Source: Bilabrum cf. latius
Lineage: Eukaryota
DNA: 64,000 bases
NCBI GenBank assembly: GCA_965178125.1
Contig: OZ237749.1
Coordinates: 434,001-498,000 of the forward strand
Direction: 5' to 3'
The notes below the pieces were generated by a model. The model was not told where the DNA came from and did no database searches. It worked only from the letters and a program-made list of their open reading frames with translations. The position numbers were made by a program, and so were the translations under genes. Below, one piece after another: positions 51,482 through 63,989 of this stretch; the first letter of the stretch is position 1; every line of letters starts with the position of its first letter.

Positions 51482-52900
51482 ATGCCTTTCTTTGCGCTGC
51501 TGGCTGCAACAATCCCATTTCTGATTATTTGCTCTGCCGCAAAGGCTGAGTCTAGCAGTCTGCCGCTTGCCAGGACATATGCGCAGTCCTCCGATCGCAT
51601 TTGCGTGACTCACTGGGGCGGATGCTACAACCGAAGCACGACGGCGTACATTATGGACGGCGCACAGCAAATCTGGGACTTCGGGTCTCGAGCAATCAAG
51701 ATTAACCTTGTGGCCGGTCGCCAAGCGTATCGCTGGAACAGCCCTGGGTGGCCAAATCGATTTAGCTCTGCGCTTGAAGCTGCCCAGCACCCGTACATAC
51801 GGAGCGTGCTTGACCCTGCAGGCAATTTTCAATGGAGCACCGTCACCATGATCGTGTATGCACTCTAGAACGATTCAAGCAGTAACAACTATTGGCGGGA
51901 TTCATTCACTGCAAATGATGCTGCGCGAGAAGAGGAGCAATTCAAGGAACTCACGGTCCACCTGCTCGAAACGTACCCCAACATGCACTTCGTTTTGCAG
52001 CATTGGGAAGGCGACTGGTCTATCCGGCCTACAAGCGATCCATCGCTTCGTCCAACACCTCAAGCCACTAAAAATATGATTGCTTGGCTGGGCGCGAGAC
52101 AGAGAGGGGTGCAGGCTGGCAGGGAGCTGGCTGAGGAGCGCAGGGCACGGTCCGGGAGACGCTGGCAGGCCGGGGCTGGAGCCGGCGGTGGGTCGGTCCT
52201 GCACGCAAGCGAGGTCAATTTGGTCCGCAGCAGCATGCAAACCGGCTTCCCAAACGTGGTGAACACGGTGCTCCCCCACGTCGCCCTCGATATGGTGTCT
52301 TATTCGAGCTACGACACGCAAGGGAATGGGGGTCCTCTCGGATACAGGGCAGCTCTGAGCTTCATCGCGGAGCACGCCAACCGCACGGCAGAATCCCCCA
52401 AGGAATTCGTTTTCATCGGGGAATACGGCACAAAGCAAGAAATCGCCCCTCTCCATGTCACGCAGGCAGTGAACGAGGTGGCGGCAGCTGCGGTCCTGGG
52501 CAACGACACGATCGGCCCGCTCGATTTCGTGGCAAGGGCGTGTTTCTGGGAGGTGTACGGGAACGATCTGGTAGATGGCCCCAGTGGTGGCTTGCCTGTG
52601 CTGCAATCGTCCATGGGCAGGGGTGGAATAGGGTTGCTTGCCGGTGTGGCAGGTCACTAGCACAACCTGCCTAGCTGGCTGCTGGCTCGGGCGGAAGGTC
52701 GCAGGGTAGAGATCGAAGGGGAGGCAAGGATCGGATCAATGCAGGGGGTCGGATCAAGCGATCTCCGCCATGGTAGATGCACCACCGAGCCTGTATTCAA
52801 TGCCTCGCAGCTGGGCGGGCTGTGGCTTGTGAAGCCTGACGGGAGCCATGCGTGGCCGTATGACTATCTGAGGGGTCGCATTCTAGACGGGGCGGCATAA
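51482..52900 (+). CDS. Secreted protein, putative TIM-barrel glycoside-hydrolase-like (~472 aa)
   Basis: Signal peptide; HWEGDW, LDMVSYSSYD, VFIGEYG, FWEVYGND and GLWLVKPDGS motifs. In-frame TAGs end at 51868 and 52660. Ends TAA 52898-900. Confidence 0.7.
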
Positions 52901-53148
52901 GAGACGCTTCGTGAAGGTAGTATTACATGCGATGATACAGTGCATGCACACGAACGAAATACACCTCTACCGCATGCTTGGGATCCTTTTTAGGATTCTT
53001 TTAGGATTCTGTCACTAAGCGTCCATTTAAAGCACCAAGGTGACCCCTGGACCAGGCCCTGCCCTGGACCCCCAACGCACCGCCTGGCGGTGACAGGCGG
53101 GGGATCAACCAGCGCAACAAGAGCACCGGTGGCGCACGCCCACCGCCC

Positions 53149-55253
53149 TCAGTCTCCCTTGATCTGTCCGTAGATGAAGTCCACGAACCAAAATGTCGCC
53201 AAGAACCCCACCGCTCCAAACATGACAGAAAAACCGGCGGACATGACGCCCATGTACCCGAAGTACACGAGGCTCTGCAGCATGCCACTCATCCCGCTAT
53301 GCTGATAGTAGTAAACAAAGGAATACGCGAAGATGAACGCGCCCACCATGCTGCCGCTTAGGTAGGCCCTCCACTGCCACGTGTAGTCTTGCCTTGACAA
53401 CTGCAGGTACGCCAGAGCGATGCAGATGAACGCAACCACCAGGGTGAGCAGCCCGAACGCCAGTAGCAAGATGCCAAACATAGTGTACACCATGTGGCCC
53501 CAGATGGCGATGAAAATGTAGTGCAGCTGCACCGAGATCGCACTGAACGGCAGCAGCCCAGCCCCCAGCAGGTGCACCGCAGTCCCTTGGTACCACGGCG
53601 TCTCAGGCAGTGTCCTCATCGTGGTGCTAACTCGGCAAGGAGGGGAATAGTCCTGCCCGGAACCTCTCCCGCACCACGCCCCAAAGAGGCCTCCTGGCAA
53701 CGCGACTACGGCAAACAGACCCAGAAATGCCGCGATGGTGGCAGCTGGCAGCGCCACAGAGGAGCCTTTCTATATGGCCACAGAGTTGATCACAGAGAAA
53801 ACGGCGAGTAGAATCCCAGGAAATAAGCACATGCTGATGATGGCCGACTGAGTGCGACTGCCACCGTCCCCTGCTGCAGCATCTCCCTTGCCTGCCCCTC
53901 GCTGGGCCGAGTCGCGGGCCGCAGCAGCCCCTGCTGAGGCGCCCACAGTCGAGGACCCGAATCGGTTGTACCCTGTGCCCCGAGCCGTTAGCTGGGCGAA
54001 GAGCCGCGAGGCCACGAAGCCACCGATAGGCGCGGTGATGCAGTAGAGGACCATGGCGGCCACCACGATGGCACCTCGGCGGGTCACGTGGAACGTGTTT
54101 GTCACGGCGAGGACTAGCAGCAGCGTGGCGGTGGTGAAGAGGTGCATGCCCGCACCCACCAGACCGGCGAGGGTCGCGTGGCTGCCGGGAGTGCGGAAAA
54201 CGTTCGTGCGGATGAGCTTCCAGCCGTTTTCATCGGCGGTGTCCCCCTCTTCGTCGCGCAAGGCAGCGGCGAAATCGCTGCGCACCACGCGCGCCAGGAC
54301 AACGCCCAGAAAGGAGACGAGCAGGACGACGAGGACCACTGAGTTTGAGATGCTGTACCAGTGCACCTGGGTGCTGCCCGGCAAGAAGGAGCTGTCGTGG
54401 TAGCGGCCCATCCGATCGTGCCACTTCTCCGTCGTCTGGATCCACTCCACGCTGTAGCTGAACTCGATGGACAGAGGCGATTGCCTGCCGTGGGGGTAGC
54501 TTGCCGTGGGCTCGTCGGACCTCGAGAGCTCCACCCTCTTCTCCGGCGGGGCGGTAATGTTGATCGCAATGATTTTGTCGTCATTGTACGCGATGGAGAA
54601 ATGCAGGTGGGTATAGACGTAGTCCTTGCTCTGACCCGTGGCATCGCCGATGAGCCCAGTTTCGTCCTCGTGCTCGCCCACGAAGGACCAGGCCGGCAGG
54701 CCGTCGAGCACGAACTCGAACTGCGATAAGAGCCGGAGAAGGCAGTTACGTTGCAAGTGCCAATGAACCATCGGTAACTTGTACAGTTGTGTGCTTGTCA
54801 ATTCGCTCACAAAGTAGTCTTCTTGAACGGCAAGGCGCAGCCGATCAACCTCGCCATCCGATAGCTCTTTCTCGCACAGCAGCCGCCACTCGTAATTCAC
54901 AATATATCGAATGTCATAAGCTGTGGAGTATCGCCTATCCCCGGCTAGGTACTCTCCAATACTGTGCGCAACAACAACAAAAAGTGGTGCTCGGACACTT
55001 GGAGTACCATGCAACATGAGTGGATTCGATTCCAGCGACGCAGAGCTTTATCTTACCTGTGCTATTTCCTATCATAATTCTTGGGGGGGCAAAACGGCAT
55101 AGAATAGTAGCTGTACGTTTCCGAGGGGTTGTTGAACGGTGAAGTCTTGGCCGCCTGCAAGTCAACGCTGTCGTGAAACTGGTATGTCTTTGGCCTCGAG
55201 GCGGTTGCCATGGCTGCCAAAAGTGATGTTCCCACACACAGACAAGACCACAT
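53149..55253 (-). CDS. TM9SF: Transmembrane 9 superfamily (nonaspanin/EMP70), TM9SF1-like
   Basis: PFNNPSETYSYYSMPFC, SIGEYLAGDR, VHWYSISNS, GWKLIRTNVFR, GLLPFSAI, WQWRAYL and C-terminal IKGD. Introns 54962-55056 and 54721-54810. In-frame TAGs at 55062 and 53770. Ends TGA 53149. Confidence 0.95.
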
Positions 55254-55400
55254 ATTGCAAAGTACTTGTGTCAGCCAGCAGCCTCCAACGTGGTTTCGCC
55301 AAACGGATGAACCTCGACGGAACCTTCGGCAACTGTGAAAGCGACGAAATATCGTAACTACGTTGGCTCCGAGGCTGCAGCTTACGTTTGAACAGGAGCA

Positions 55401-56021
55401 ATGTTTACTAAAGATTAGGGTCCACTATGGAGAAGGATGATGGTGGTGCTAGAAAGAGCAGGAAAGTTCAATAAGCTCCCTCCGGTACCCGAGTTGAAAG
55501 CAATGGTGCTCGAATATTAGGTACTGCAGCTCAAGCTGGCACAAGTGGAAGTTGTTGCAAATCATGGGAATGGACTTGTCAAAGCGATAGCCACATGCGA
55601 CGGAAAGCTCAGCCGTGTGGAGTTAAGTGGTCGAGCGAAGGAACTGCCTCGTGAAGGCCTGCAAGAGGTCGTGACGGCGGCGGTCAACGACTCCATTGAG
55701 AAGGCTAGACTACGACAGCGAAAGGCAGACGAAGTTCTGATGGACAAGCACGTTCCAGCCTTGATTGAGCTTGCCAAAACTGTCTTTATGGCAGACCCCG
55801 AGCTGAGGGCAGCATCGTTGCGCCTCGAAAACCTCGAGAGCGAGGCCGAGGCCGAGAGAGACATGGAGCGGCTTCGGAAAGAAAAGGGAGATTTGGATCA
55901 GAAGGCGCAGCAGGCATCATCGGGTGGGCAGTACGGCGGCGCGGAAGGGACAGTGGTAGAGGCGGAGGAGATAGAGGTAGAGGCAGGGGCAACCGAGGGG
56001 CAGCAGGGGGGCAGGCAGTGA
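55401..56021 (+). CDS. YbaB/EbfC-family (bacterial nucleoid-associated-like) protein
   Basis: ATG 55401, two in-frame TAGs, then LEY*VLQLKLAQVEVVANHGNGLVKAIATCDGKLSRVEL...LQEVVTAAVNDSIEKA, matching the YbaB pattern. Ends TGA 56021. Confidence 0.8.
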
Positions 56022-56253
56022 ATGGTGTGGAACGAAGCGCAATTCATTGCAAGAGTGTAGCAGCAGCAAGGCGCATCTTTTCGTTGGCTGCCAGCTCCTA
56101 CAATACAATGCATTCAACGACGATCCGAGATGCTATATGGGGTGCCGGTCCATGCAGGCAGATAGATACCAGGCAGCGCGAACGCAGGGCACTGCTGGCA
56201 GTGACACTGCTAGATCCAGTACGTCTATGCAGCAGGATAGAAATCAACCCAAG

Positions 56254-57260
56254 TCAAAGCCTCATGGGCGGCTCATCCATTTCGAGAGCGGGGTCCTCTT
56301 CATCCGGGACGGTCTGGGCCACGTACTTGACCCGCTCCGTCTAGAGGAAGCCCCTCAGCTGCCCCCTGACGTGGAGCCTCTCCTCGCTTCCGTCCACCAA
56401 GAGCAGTCGGGAGGGCTTTGACGGCTGCGCGAGCGTGTCGAGAGTCAGCAGGGAGAAATCGAGAACCCCCGCGCTGGTCTTCTGGGCCTCCAGAGACACG
56501 AGCCCGCTGCCCTGCTCGCCTTCCACGCTGAAGAGCATGTGCACCCTGGGGTGCAGCCACCCGAAGGAGCCCTTGGAATCGAAGCCAAGCTGCCCGTTGC
56601 GTAGGGCGTAGGCTCGCAGGCTCCCCGAAGTGACCTTGTTGCCCAGCAGGCCCTTCACGTCGGGGTGGTTCCGCAGCTTGCCGAGCGCGGCGCCGTGAAC
56701 CTGCTCGGGGCGGATGCTCCACTGCCGCTGAGCAGCGTACGCGGCGGCTGCTACCGTTCCAATAGATGCAGCTCCCGTGCCAAATCCGGCGTAGAACACA
56801 TCAGTGAACGAAATTGACATGAAGGACGTCGTAATGTACATGAATACTCTTGAACTAGCGTATGCGAGGGCAAGCCCGGCCGATCCCACGATCAGCGTGT
56901 TTGCATTCTTCTTAACCCAGCCAAGACTAGAATCTGAATCGTCTTGGCCAGATTCTTCCGGTGCTTTTAAGATACTGCTGCGAGGAATGACAGAATTTAG
57001 GACACCACCATCGCTTCATCAGCGCAATTAAGTTACACTGCTCCCCTCACAACGGCTAGCACTTTGATTTATCAATTCTCTCACTTTGATGAGCCCGTCT
57101 CAGATTTGGGACTGGCTCGGCTGTTTGATGGGTCCTTCGTTCCAAAGCTACGCTAAGCAAACCCGCTTTCCACCGCATTTAGCGTCCTAATTTCTCGACT
57201 AAATACATGTCTCGAGACACTCAATATTTGAGAACTGCGTCTGCTAACCTACCGCAACAT
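56254..57260 (-). CDS. Mitochondrial inner-membrane Tim21/Coa1-like protein
   Basis: Presequence-like MLR*VSRRSSQ...FA*RSFGT, intron 56978-57084, TM segments, PEQVHGAALGKLRNHPDVKGLLG and MLFSVEGEQGSGLV. In-frame TAG 56341; ends TGA 56254. Confidence 0.65.
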
Positions 57261-57434
57261 TTTTTTGCCAGGTCTTCCGGAAATTTGGTGTTTTGGTTCA
57301 CTTTATCCCGAGCCAAGTAAAGATCCGGAATTGAAATGGTGTTTTTTTGCGACCATCAGTGCGACTCGAATTGAGCAGAAACCGAGTGCTGGAGTATAGT
57401 TTCCGCGCTCCTTGGAGCTGCAAACTGGCGTCAA

Positions 57435-60400
57435 ATGATGCGAACAGTTCTAATATCTTGTATAGTCCTCATAAACGGTGGCCTAGCGCAGTGTTCTTGG
57501 AATCAAGAGCCCTTGCGGCTGGCACAGGTTCGGCAATGCTTCGATGACGGTGGTGCTTACAATGAAACCAGAGCTCAGCAAGAAGTCAATATTGTCCGGC
57601 ATGCAATGGATCATTACTCATATTTGGATCTGGTACGAAATAGCGGGCCGCCATGGGACTATAGGCTCGACACGACAGCAGTCTTGCAGAACCTATCGGA
57701 AACAGCATCTGTCCCAGGAGCCTATGCCCAAGATTGGTCGTTCTACGTGAGTGAAGCGCACGAAGTGCCCAGTAACGCAGTATATACCCACTCATGCGTA
57801 TTTTTGGGACAACTTTAGCTGTTGTGCGGCGTGGGGGGAGTCCGTTCAGCCCGGCATGGCGCCAATTCCGCTATCACACTTTCCCTTTCACAACCTTGCC
57901 ATCCGCATGTTCGATGGCCCTGTCCGCCCCATTTTTATTGAATGCGCAGGAAGCACTATCTACGCCGCTACGAGCCATGGGTGACTCTCATGTTGCGGTG
58001 CTAAAGCCCTCCTGCTACGCAATCATTGGCGCCCAGCCGGTATCTCCTGCACCATTTTACCTAGACAGGCAGAACCCAAACCAAGTTCGATATTTCTTAA
58101 CAGAATTTAAACTTGGCTAGCTAGATCTCGCCAGGACGTACGATCCCGGGGCCGTGGCGTTCCTACCAGCGCGTGAGGTCAGCCGCAGCGTCCTCCAGCT
58201 GTACGAGGTGCTGGCAGTCGATGGACTAGCACCGGCGGAGTACATTGCAAGTATCATTAGTGATCCAGCAATCACGTCGCCGTACAGCCACGATCCTTCC
58301 GTGAGCTTCACCGCGGCTCTGCGCAACCTGCAGGCGAGCCTGCGGCTGCTGCAGCTAGACTCTTTGCCGGCAAGCAGATAGGTTACCTACACCTTGCGGC
58401 GATGCGAGGCCCCCATGTCTGGAACAGACGTAGACTCTGCGGATCTGACGCAGCTGGCCTGCGCGTAGAACCTTGCTTCGAACGAGGTCACGCTGCGGGC
58501 CGATTGGCTCTTCTTCCACACGGCTGCTCGCCGGCCCACCACTGCTGCACAGTTTGCTCGCCTGTGCGAGCGGCAGTCGGCCCGGCCCGAAGTAAGGACA
58601 GGAAGCAGCTGCAGGGCCTCGGCAGTGCCGCGCTCGTCGGACGACGGCCGTCGCGAGCCCGGCTGGCTGGCCAGGGCGAGCATGTTTACCAGCGAGGGAG
58701 CGAGGGGTGCCCTGCTGCGCAAGAGCATACTGGAAGACGCGCGCTCGTCACACCAGGGGAGGTTTCTCGGGGAGCACCCTCGACAAGGGCAATAGGAGGA
58801 AGAGGAAGGAGGTGTTGAAATGGTGCCAAAGGTGAGCGGGTACAGGAGCGCACTCAAGCACATGCTCGGGAGCATCGAGCGGAGGCATGCCCGCGAGGAG
58901 CCGAGCACCGGAGGTCGACGGGCCCGAGCAGGGGCCCAGGGAACAAAGGAGGAAGGCTCAATCTTCGCGTTGAATGCCCTGCGCGCCCTTGACGACTCGG
59001 AGCCGGTCTGGGCGACGGGCACGGGCACGGGTGCTGTGGCCGGCGGTGTGCCCTCTGGGGCGGCGCTGGAGCAGCTGCGCGAGGCTGACTTTTCGCGCGC
59101 TCTGCAGGAGAGCGGCACTGGTGGCAGCGGGGCCACATCGCGGTCGGACCTTGCTGACGTGTCCACCGTGCGACGTCTTTAGGCCGCGGACTCCTCCGAC
59201 GAGCAGTCCATCTTCGAGGTCGTGCGCACCGTGTTCAACACTCATCACACCCAGGAGCTGCGGGAGGTGGAGGAGAGGCGCCAGGCCCTCATTGCTGATC
59301 CGAACGTCACCGCAGTGCCCACGAAGGAGCTGCTGCTGACGGCCCGCAACTACACCTACACGAGCATTTTGCTCAAGATACCCTCCTTTTCCCCCAGCGT
59401 GTTCACGTCGTGCTTCGCTGGGGTCGACGTCACGTGCGGCACCGACGTGGCGCTCAGCGAGCTGGACACGTGCTTGAGCAACGCAGCTGCGACCTTCCTG
59501 CGGCGGGGCGCCGCGGGCGCTTACCAGTTCGCACGGGCGAGGAATGCTTCCCAGATCATCGTGGACGTGACCGGCAACGATGGGGGGGTCGTGCTCCTCG
59601 GCAGGATGACCGCAGCTGCGCTCAGTGCGCAGGTGACGAACGTTCCGTCGCTCGCCGAGTACGCGAACGAGATGCGCCCGGGGTCTGTCGTGTCGGCCAT
59701 GGCGAGGTTCGTGGATCAGCAGAACGGTGTTGGCTCGGCTCGACGCCTCGCCTCTATGCTGGGGCTTGAGGAGGTGCCCGGTGCTGGGCGACAGCAGCAG
59801 CAGCGGCAGTAGGGGCACGCGAGGTCACACATGGACAAGCGGAAGGACAGGAACGATATCGATGCTATTCACAGCAGGCGGCTGCAGCAGACCGTGACAG
59901 CCAGGCACTTCCCCTCCTTCCCTCTTTGGGGCCTCCTCGACCCCGTCGATACCGCCGTGAGTGCTACTAGTCCGGATGCTTCCATCGCCGTGGACGACGT
60001 GGACGGCGGGCACGGTTGGTTCTATGCTTCTGACGAGACGCGGCGCTGGGGCGGTGGCAGGCATTCGGTGACCAAGGCCGTGAAACTCTTCGACCTCACC
60101 GCCGAGATGGCCGAGCTGCCTGCCGATGTGTTCCCCAGGAGTCCTGGGGAGCTGATTGCTCCCATTCCGATCATCATTGCCTCGGACGGCATGTGCGGGT
60201 CAACGTGCGCGTAGTTCCTTCGGTCCATCGTGGACACGGGATTGGGCACGGTGCTTGGCCTCGTGGCAAGCGCTGGCACTGCCTATCCGGTCAGCGTGAC
60301 CGACAGCTTCGCCGGCGGCTTTATCGTTCAGGACTCCGACAGCCAGCTGGTGCTACCGTACATGGAGGCAAGGGAGCTGGGAATGGCCGACCCGGCCACG

Positions 60401-62581
60401 TTCGCAGACGGAACCCCCTTCGAGCCCCCTGCCTTCATGCCTAGCTCGGCCAATGTTGCCTACAACTTTGGCTCGGCGAGGTCGAAGAGGAGACCGACCT
60501 ACCCCCTATAGTTTGATCCGCAGAGGGCAGACGCCTACGCCGTGGACCAGAGCCTCAACATTGCCCAGCCTCCGAGCGACCTGCAGTTCGCCGCGTATCT
60601 GGCCTCTGAGGCAGGGCGCAGGCTCCCGTACACGTCCAACCCCTTAGTTGCCGCTGCCACGCTGGTTGAGGCGGGCACTAGGAACGAGCTGCTGGCGCAG
60701 GCGGTGGATACCCAGGCCTTGGATTCCGTCGTGGAGGACGAGGTGCAGAGGAGGGCCAATGCCACGCTTCTCGTGCTCCTCGCTGCTGTGGGCGACACTG
60801 TCAGCCGGCGGGACTACAACATCCTGCTGTACGTGTGCATCGCGCTGGCGGTCGTTGCGGTGATCGCGCTCCTCCTCGCCCTGCTGCTGATCTGCTGCCT
60901 TGGCGGCGGAGAAGAGGAGAAGGACGTGCAGGTCTCGCAGAGCACGACGCTCACGAGGAAAGGCTCCAAGCGAACCGTGACTGTGCGCCGGCGCACCATT
61001 CGAAACCTGAAGAGCGAGAGCAGCCTCCAGCTCGACCCCAACTCAGGGGAAGCGGGCAGCAGCGCGGAGCACAGGAAGAACTCTTTGCACACAAGGTCCT
61101 TCCGTGTCGTCACCGCCAAGGGCAAGAACAAGCGATCGGGCGCTGGGTCCAGCGAGGAGTCCAGTGCCAAGGGCAAGAACAGGCTGCGAACCAAGGGCAA
61201 GGGCACCAGCTCGTACGGCAGTGAAGCTAGTGATGTGGGTGAGTTTGATGAGGAGATAGATCTTGGTGACAATGCCATGTCCAAGAACCGGCTCAAGGGC
61301 AGAGATAAGGGGAAGGGGGAGCGGGGCGCGGCGCTTGATCTGGAGCTTGAGCCCGAGAAGGAGGGGAACAGCAGCGGGGACGGGCTGGCTTCGGTTGGAG
61401 TGTCCCCGTCGGAGCGAGGGATGCAGAGGGAGATGTCGATCGTGAGAGAGGAGGAGGAAGAGGAGGACGAGACAGAGGACGAGGGATCGATGAATCGATA
61501 GGCCAGCTCAGGCATGGTGGACGGGCAGTTTTCCTTCCAGAACGCACTTGAGAAACAGGAGGAGAGGAGGAGCAGGCGAGACAGCAAGGAGAGCGGCAGC
61601 GCGGACAGCAGGGACTATGAAGGCAGAGACAAGGTATCGCATGACGTGGAGAGGCACATATTCAGGCACAGATACGAGGACGACAGGGCGCAAGGGTCCG
61701 CGCACAGTCGCGCTCAAACGTACGGAGGCTCCCATGTTGTGCATGCGTGGGGCACAAACGGTGGTCCTACATCGGGAGGCAGCCAGTACCGATCCATGCG
61801 CCATGCCGTCGGCTCCTTTAGGTACGGGTATGGCAGGCCACGGGCAAATTCGCCTCCCAAGGCGATCGCGGCGACCACTAAGCCTAGGTGGGAGTCGCAG
61901 GACGGCTCTGACGGCGTCACAGATGACAGATCGGTGGCGACCTCGGTGGCTGCAGGCGAAGCCTCTGCGGCAACTAGTGCAGCACCTGAGACGCACGGCT
62001 AGACAAGTGCGTCTCACGGCTACAGCGCCTCTGCGGGTAGCAGCACCAGCCTTCGCGCCAACAAACCCACGGCTCATGCCCATGCCCGGTCCCAGCGAGG
62101 CATGGTCCGCGGCCGCAGCAGCAAGCACGGGTTCCACGATCCGTTGGCCGACCCGGACCACGAAAGGAGCCCCGCCCCCCTCAAGCAGCGGCCCAGCCAG
62201 CTGGACGTGCGGGGCAGGCAGGCGCCTCTGCGGGTCGCGGTCTCTTTCCAGGAGCAGTCTCAGATGGCAGAGAGGCTCGAGCGAGAGAACGAGCTGCAGC
62301 GGCAGGCAATGGGAGAGGCTCTCGTTTTTTCGCAGGGAGGTGACCAAAAAGCCGCGGAGGCTGGCGTGTATGCTGGCCAAAGCAGGCCGGCCACGACCAC
62401 TGCCGCTGGCGGGGCCGAATCGCCGGCTTCGAATGGTAGCAGAGGCCCCGGGCCGCAGAGCCCGAGCACGCCGCGGGTGCGGGTCACCATCAGCGAGCTG
62501 ATGACGGCGGGCAAGGAAGACGGAGGTGGGGGCGGAGATTAGGACTCCGGCAAGGGGGGTGGCGCTGCTGCGAGCACCTGA
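57435..62581 (+). CDS. Large type I membrane protein with eukaryotic S41 (tail-specific protease-like) peptidase ectodomain and disordered cytoplasmic tail
   Basis: Signal peptide, intron 57747-57949, MGDSH, IIVDVTGNDGG, IIASDGMCGSTCA*F, SFAGG and a TM helix ILLYVCIALAVVAVIALLLALLLICCL. Same-frame pieces are joined by TAGs ending at 58120, 58381, 59182, 59812, 60214, 60511, 61501, 62002, 62542. Ends TGA 62581. Confidence 0.75.
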
Positions 62582-62755
62582 CTAGACGATGGTGTGGGTG
62601 CAGGGGTTGGTGGGTGTGGAAGTGGTCCGGCATATTGTAAAGTACACATTCTCGTTACACTCTATTTCAAAAGAATCAGTCGAATCCTCCCGGCGTTGGT
62701 ATCAGTACCAGTCGCACAGGACCGGATCAACAATGCATTGAATGTCCATTCAAAC

Positions 62756-63989
62756 TTACAAGCCCAGCCACGACTTCCATGAGAGCGCCTCCCTGTGGGC
62801 TGCTTCGTCGTCGGCGGTCTGGTTGGGCATCTTGAGCGCCTTTCGGATCCACTTCTTGGCCTCGTCTTGGTGCCCCAGCTGGTAGTGGCACATGCCCAGA
62901 TGCAGCACGTTCTGCTTCCAGAAGCCCGGCCTGAGGTCTTCCGCAGCCTTGAAGTGCTTCAGGGCCTCTTCGAACGTGCTGGTCGGGGGCTTCCGGAACA
63001 CCATCGCGGCGATGTTTCGTGTGACAGAGCTCATGTTGGAGACGTCGTAGCACCACCGCCCGAGCAGGTGCCTCGCGTTCGGGTCCTTTGGGTTGAGCTC
63101 GACCGCTTTGAGCCACTGGTCGCGCACACGGTACGATTTGGCGATGTAGTCGCTCGTGGTGGAGAACTCCCCCGTCGAGTTCATCGCAATGCCGTAAAAT
63201 CGCCTGGCAGACGCGCTGTTTTCGTTCAACATGACCGATGTGGCCGCGGTGCGCTCAGCGAGCTCCAGCAGCCGCTGGCGCTCGTCTGCCATCATCCTGT
63301 GGTCCTCCTGCGTTAGCTGAATGGCGGCGCGCGCCAGTCGCCACCCGAGCTCTGCAACAAAGAATCGCTCAGGGGCAGACATTGCATCGGGGTCCAGCGG
63401 CTCGTCGTCCGATGACTCAGCGACGGCATCGTACGCTCGCTTGCACGTCTCATACACAATCCGCCGGGTGTACTTGCTCGCTTCTCTTTCCTTCTCGTCC
63501 AGCTGCAAACAAGTAATTCAAACAACTTCAGGTAAACTTAAGTACAGCGAAAGTACAAGGCGTTGCGATGAAGCGCCACACCACACCGGCGAATCGTTTT
63601 TTCTGTTCCTGAAACGAAGGCAGTCTTCGACACAGGAAGAAGCAACGGCTGCAGATGGTGCTTTATTGCACATATGACACTCAACATTATAGCGCATCGC
63701 CTCAGACAACTCTCACTTCTTCAAGGGCATCTTCTGTTCGCTTGCCACGCAAGAAAGATTGGATCTTCTAGCCTATCGTCGGTCGGTCGGGCGTCGTGGA
63801 GGGCGGTCTCATGTCAGCAGACCAAGATGTTGAGCTTGATTTGGATGCTTCGTCCGTACAACGGATGTTAGCTGTTGTGCCAGCAGCCGCAATAGAAATC
63901 GCACCTGCGGCTGCCAATCCGACTGCGCTTACCTTTGCTGCACGGCCCAGCGCAGCCCTTCCGGCTGACGCTCTCCTGGTAAGCAACAT
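62756..63989 (-). CDS. RMDN: Regulator of microtubule dynamics (RMDN/FAM82) family TPR protein
   Basis: ELGWRLARA, KAVELNPKDPNARHLLGRWCY, PPTSTFEEALKHFKAAE, EAKKWIRKAL. N-terminal exon from ATG 63989 with TAG 63768, probable intron 63503-63716. Ends TAA 62756. Confidence 0.9.

Noticed and set aside
52981-53012. TTTTAGG-containing repeat resembling telomeric sequence
   Set aside because: Only 2-3 imperfect 11-bp units in a convergent 3' spacer.
54955-55065. GCACAG duplicated at both ends of TM9 intron 1 (introner-like target-site duplication)
   Set aside because: Single instance overlapping the normal CAG consensus; introns in the window are not similar to one another.
8133-62581. Mass pseudogenisation as the explanation for fragmented ORFs
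   Set aside because: Interruptions are TAG only, frames are preserved over kilobases, single-copy housekeeping genes are affected, and TAGs are conserved between duplicates.
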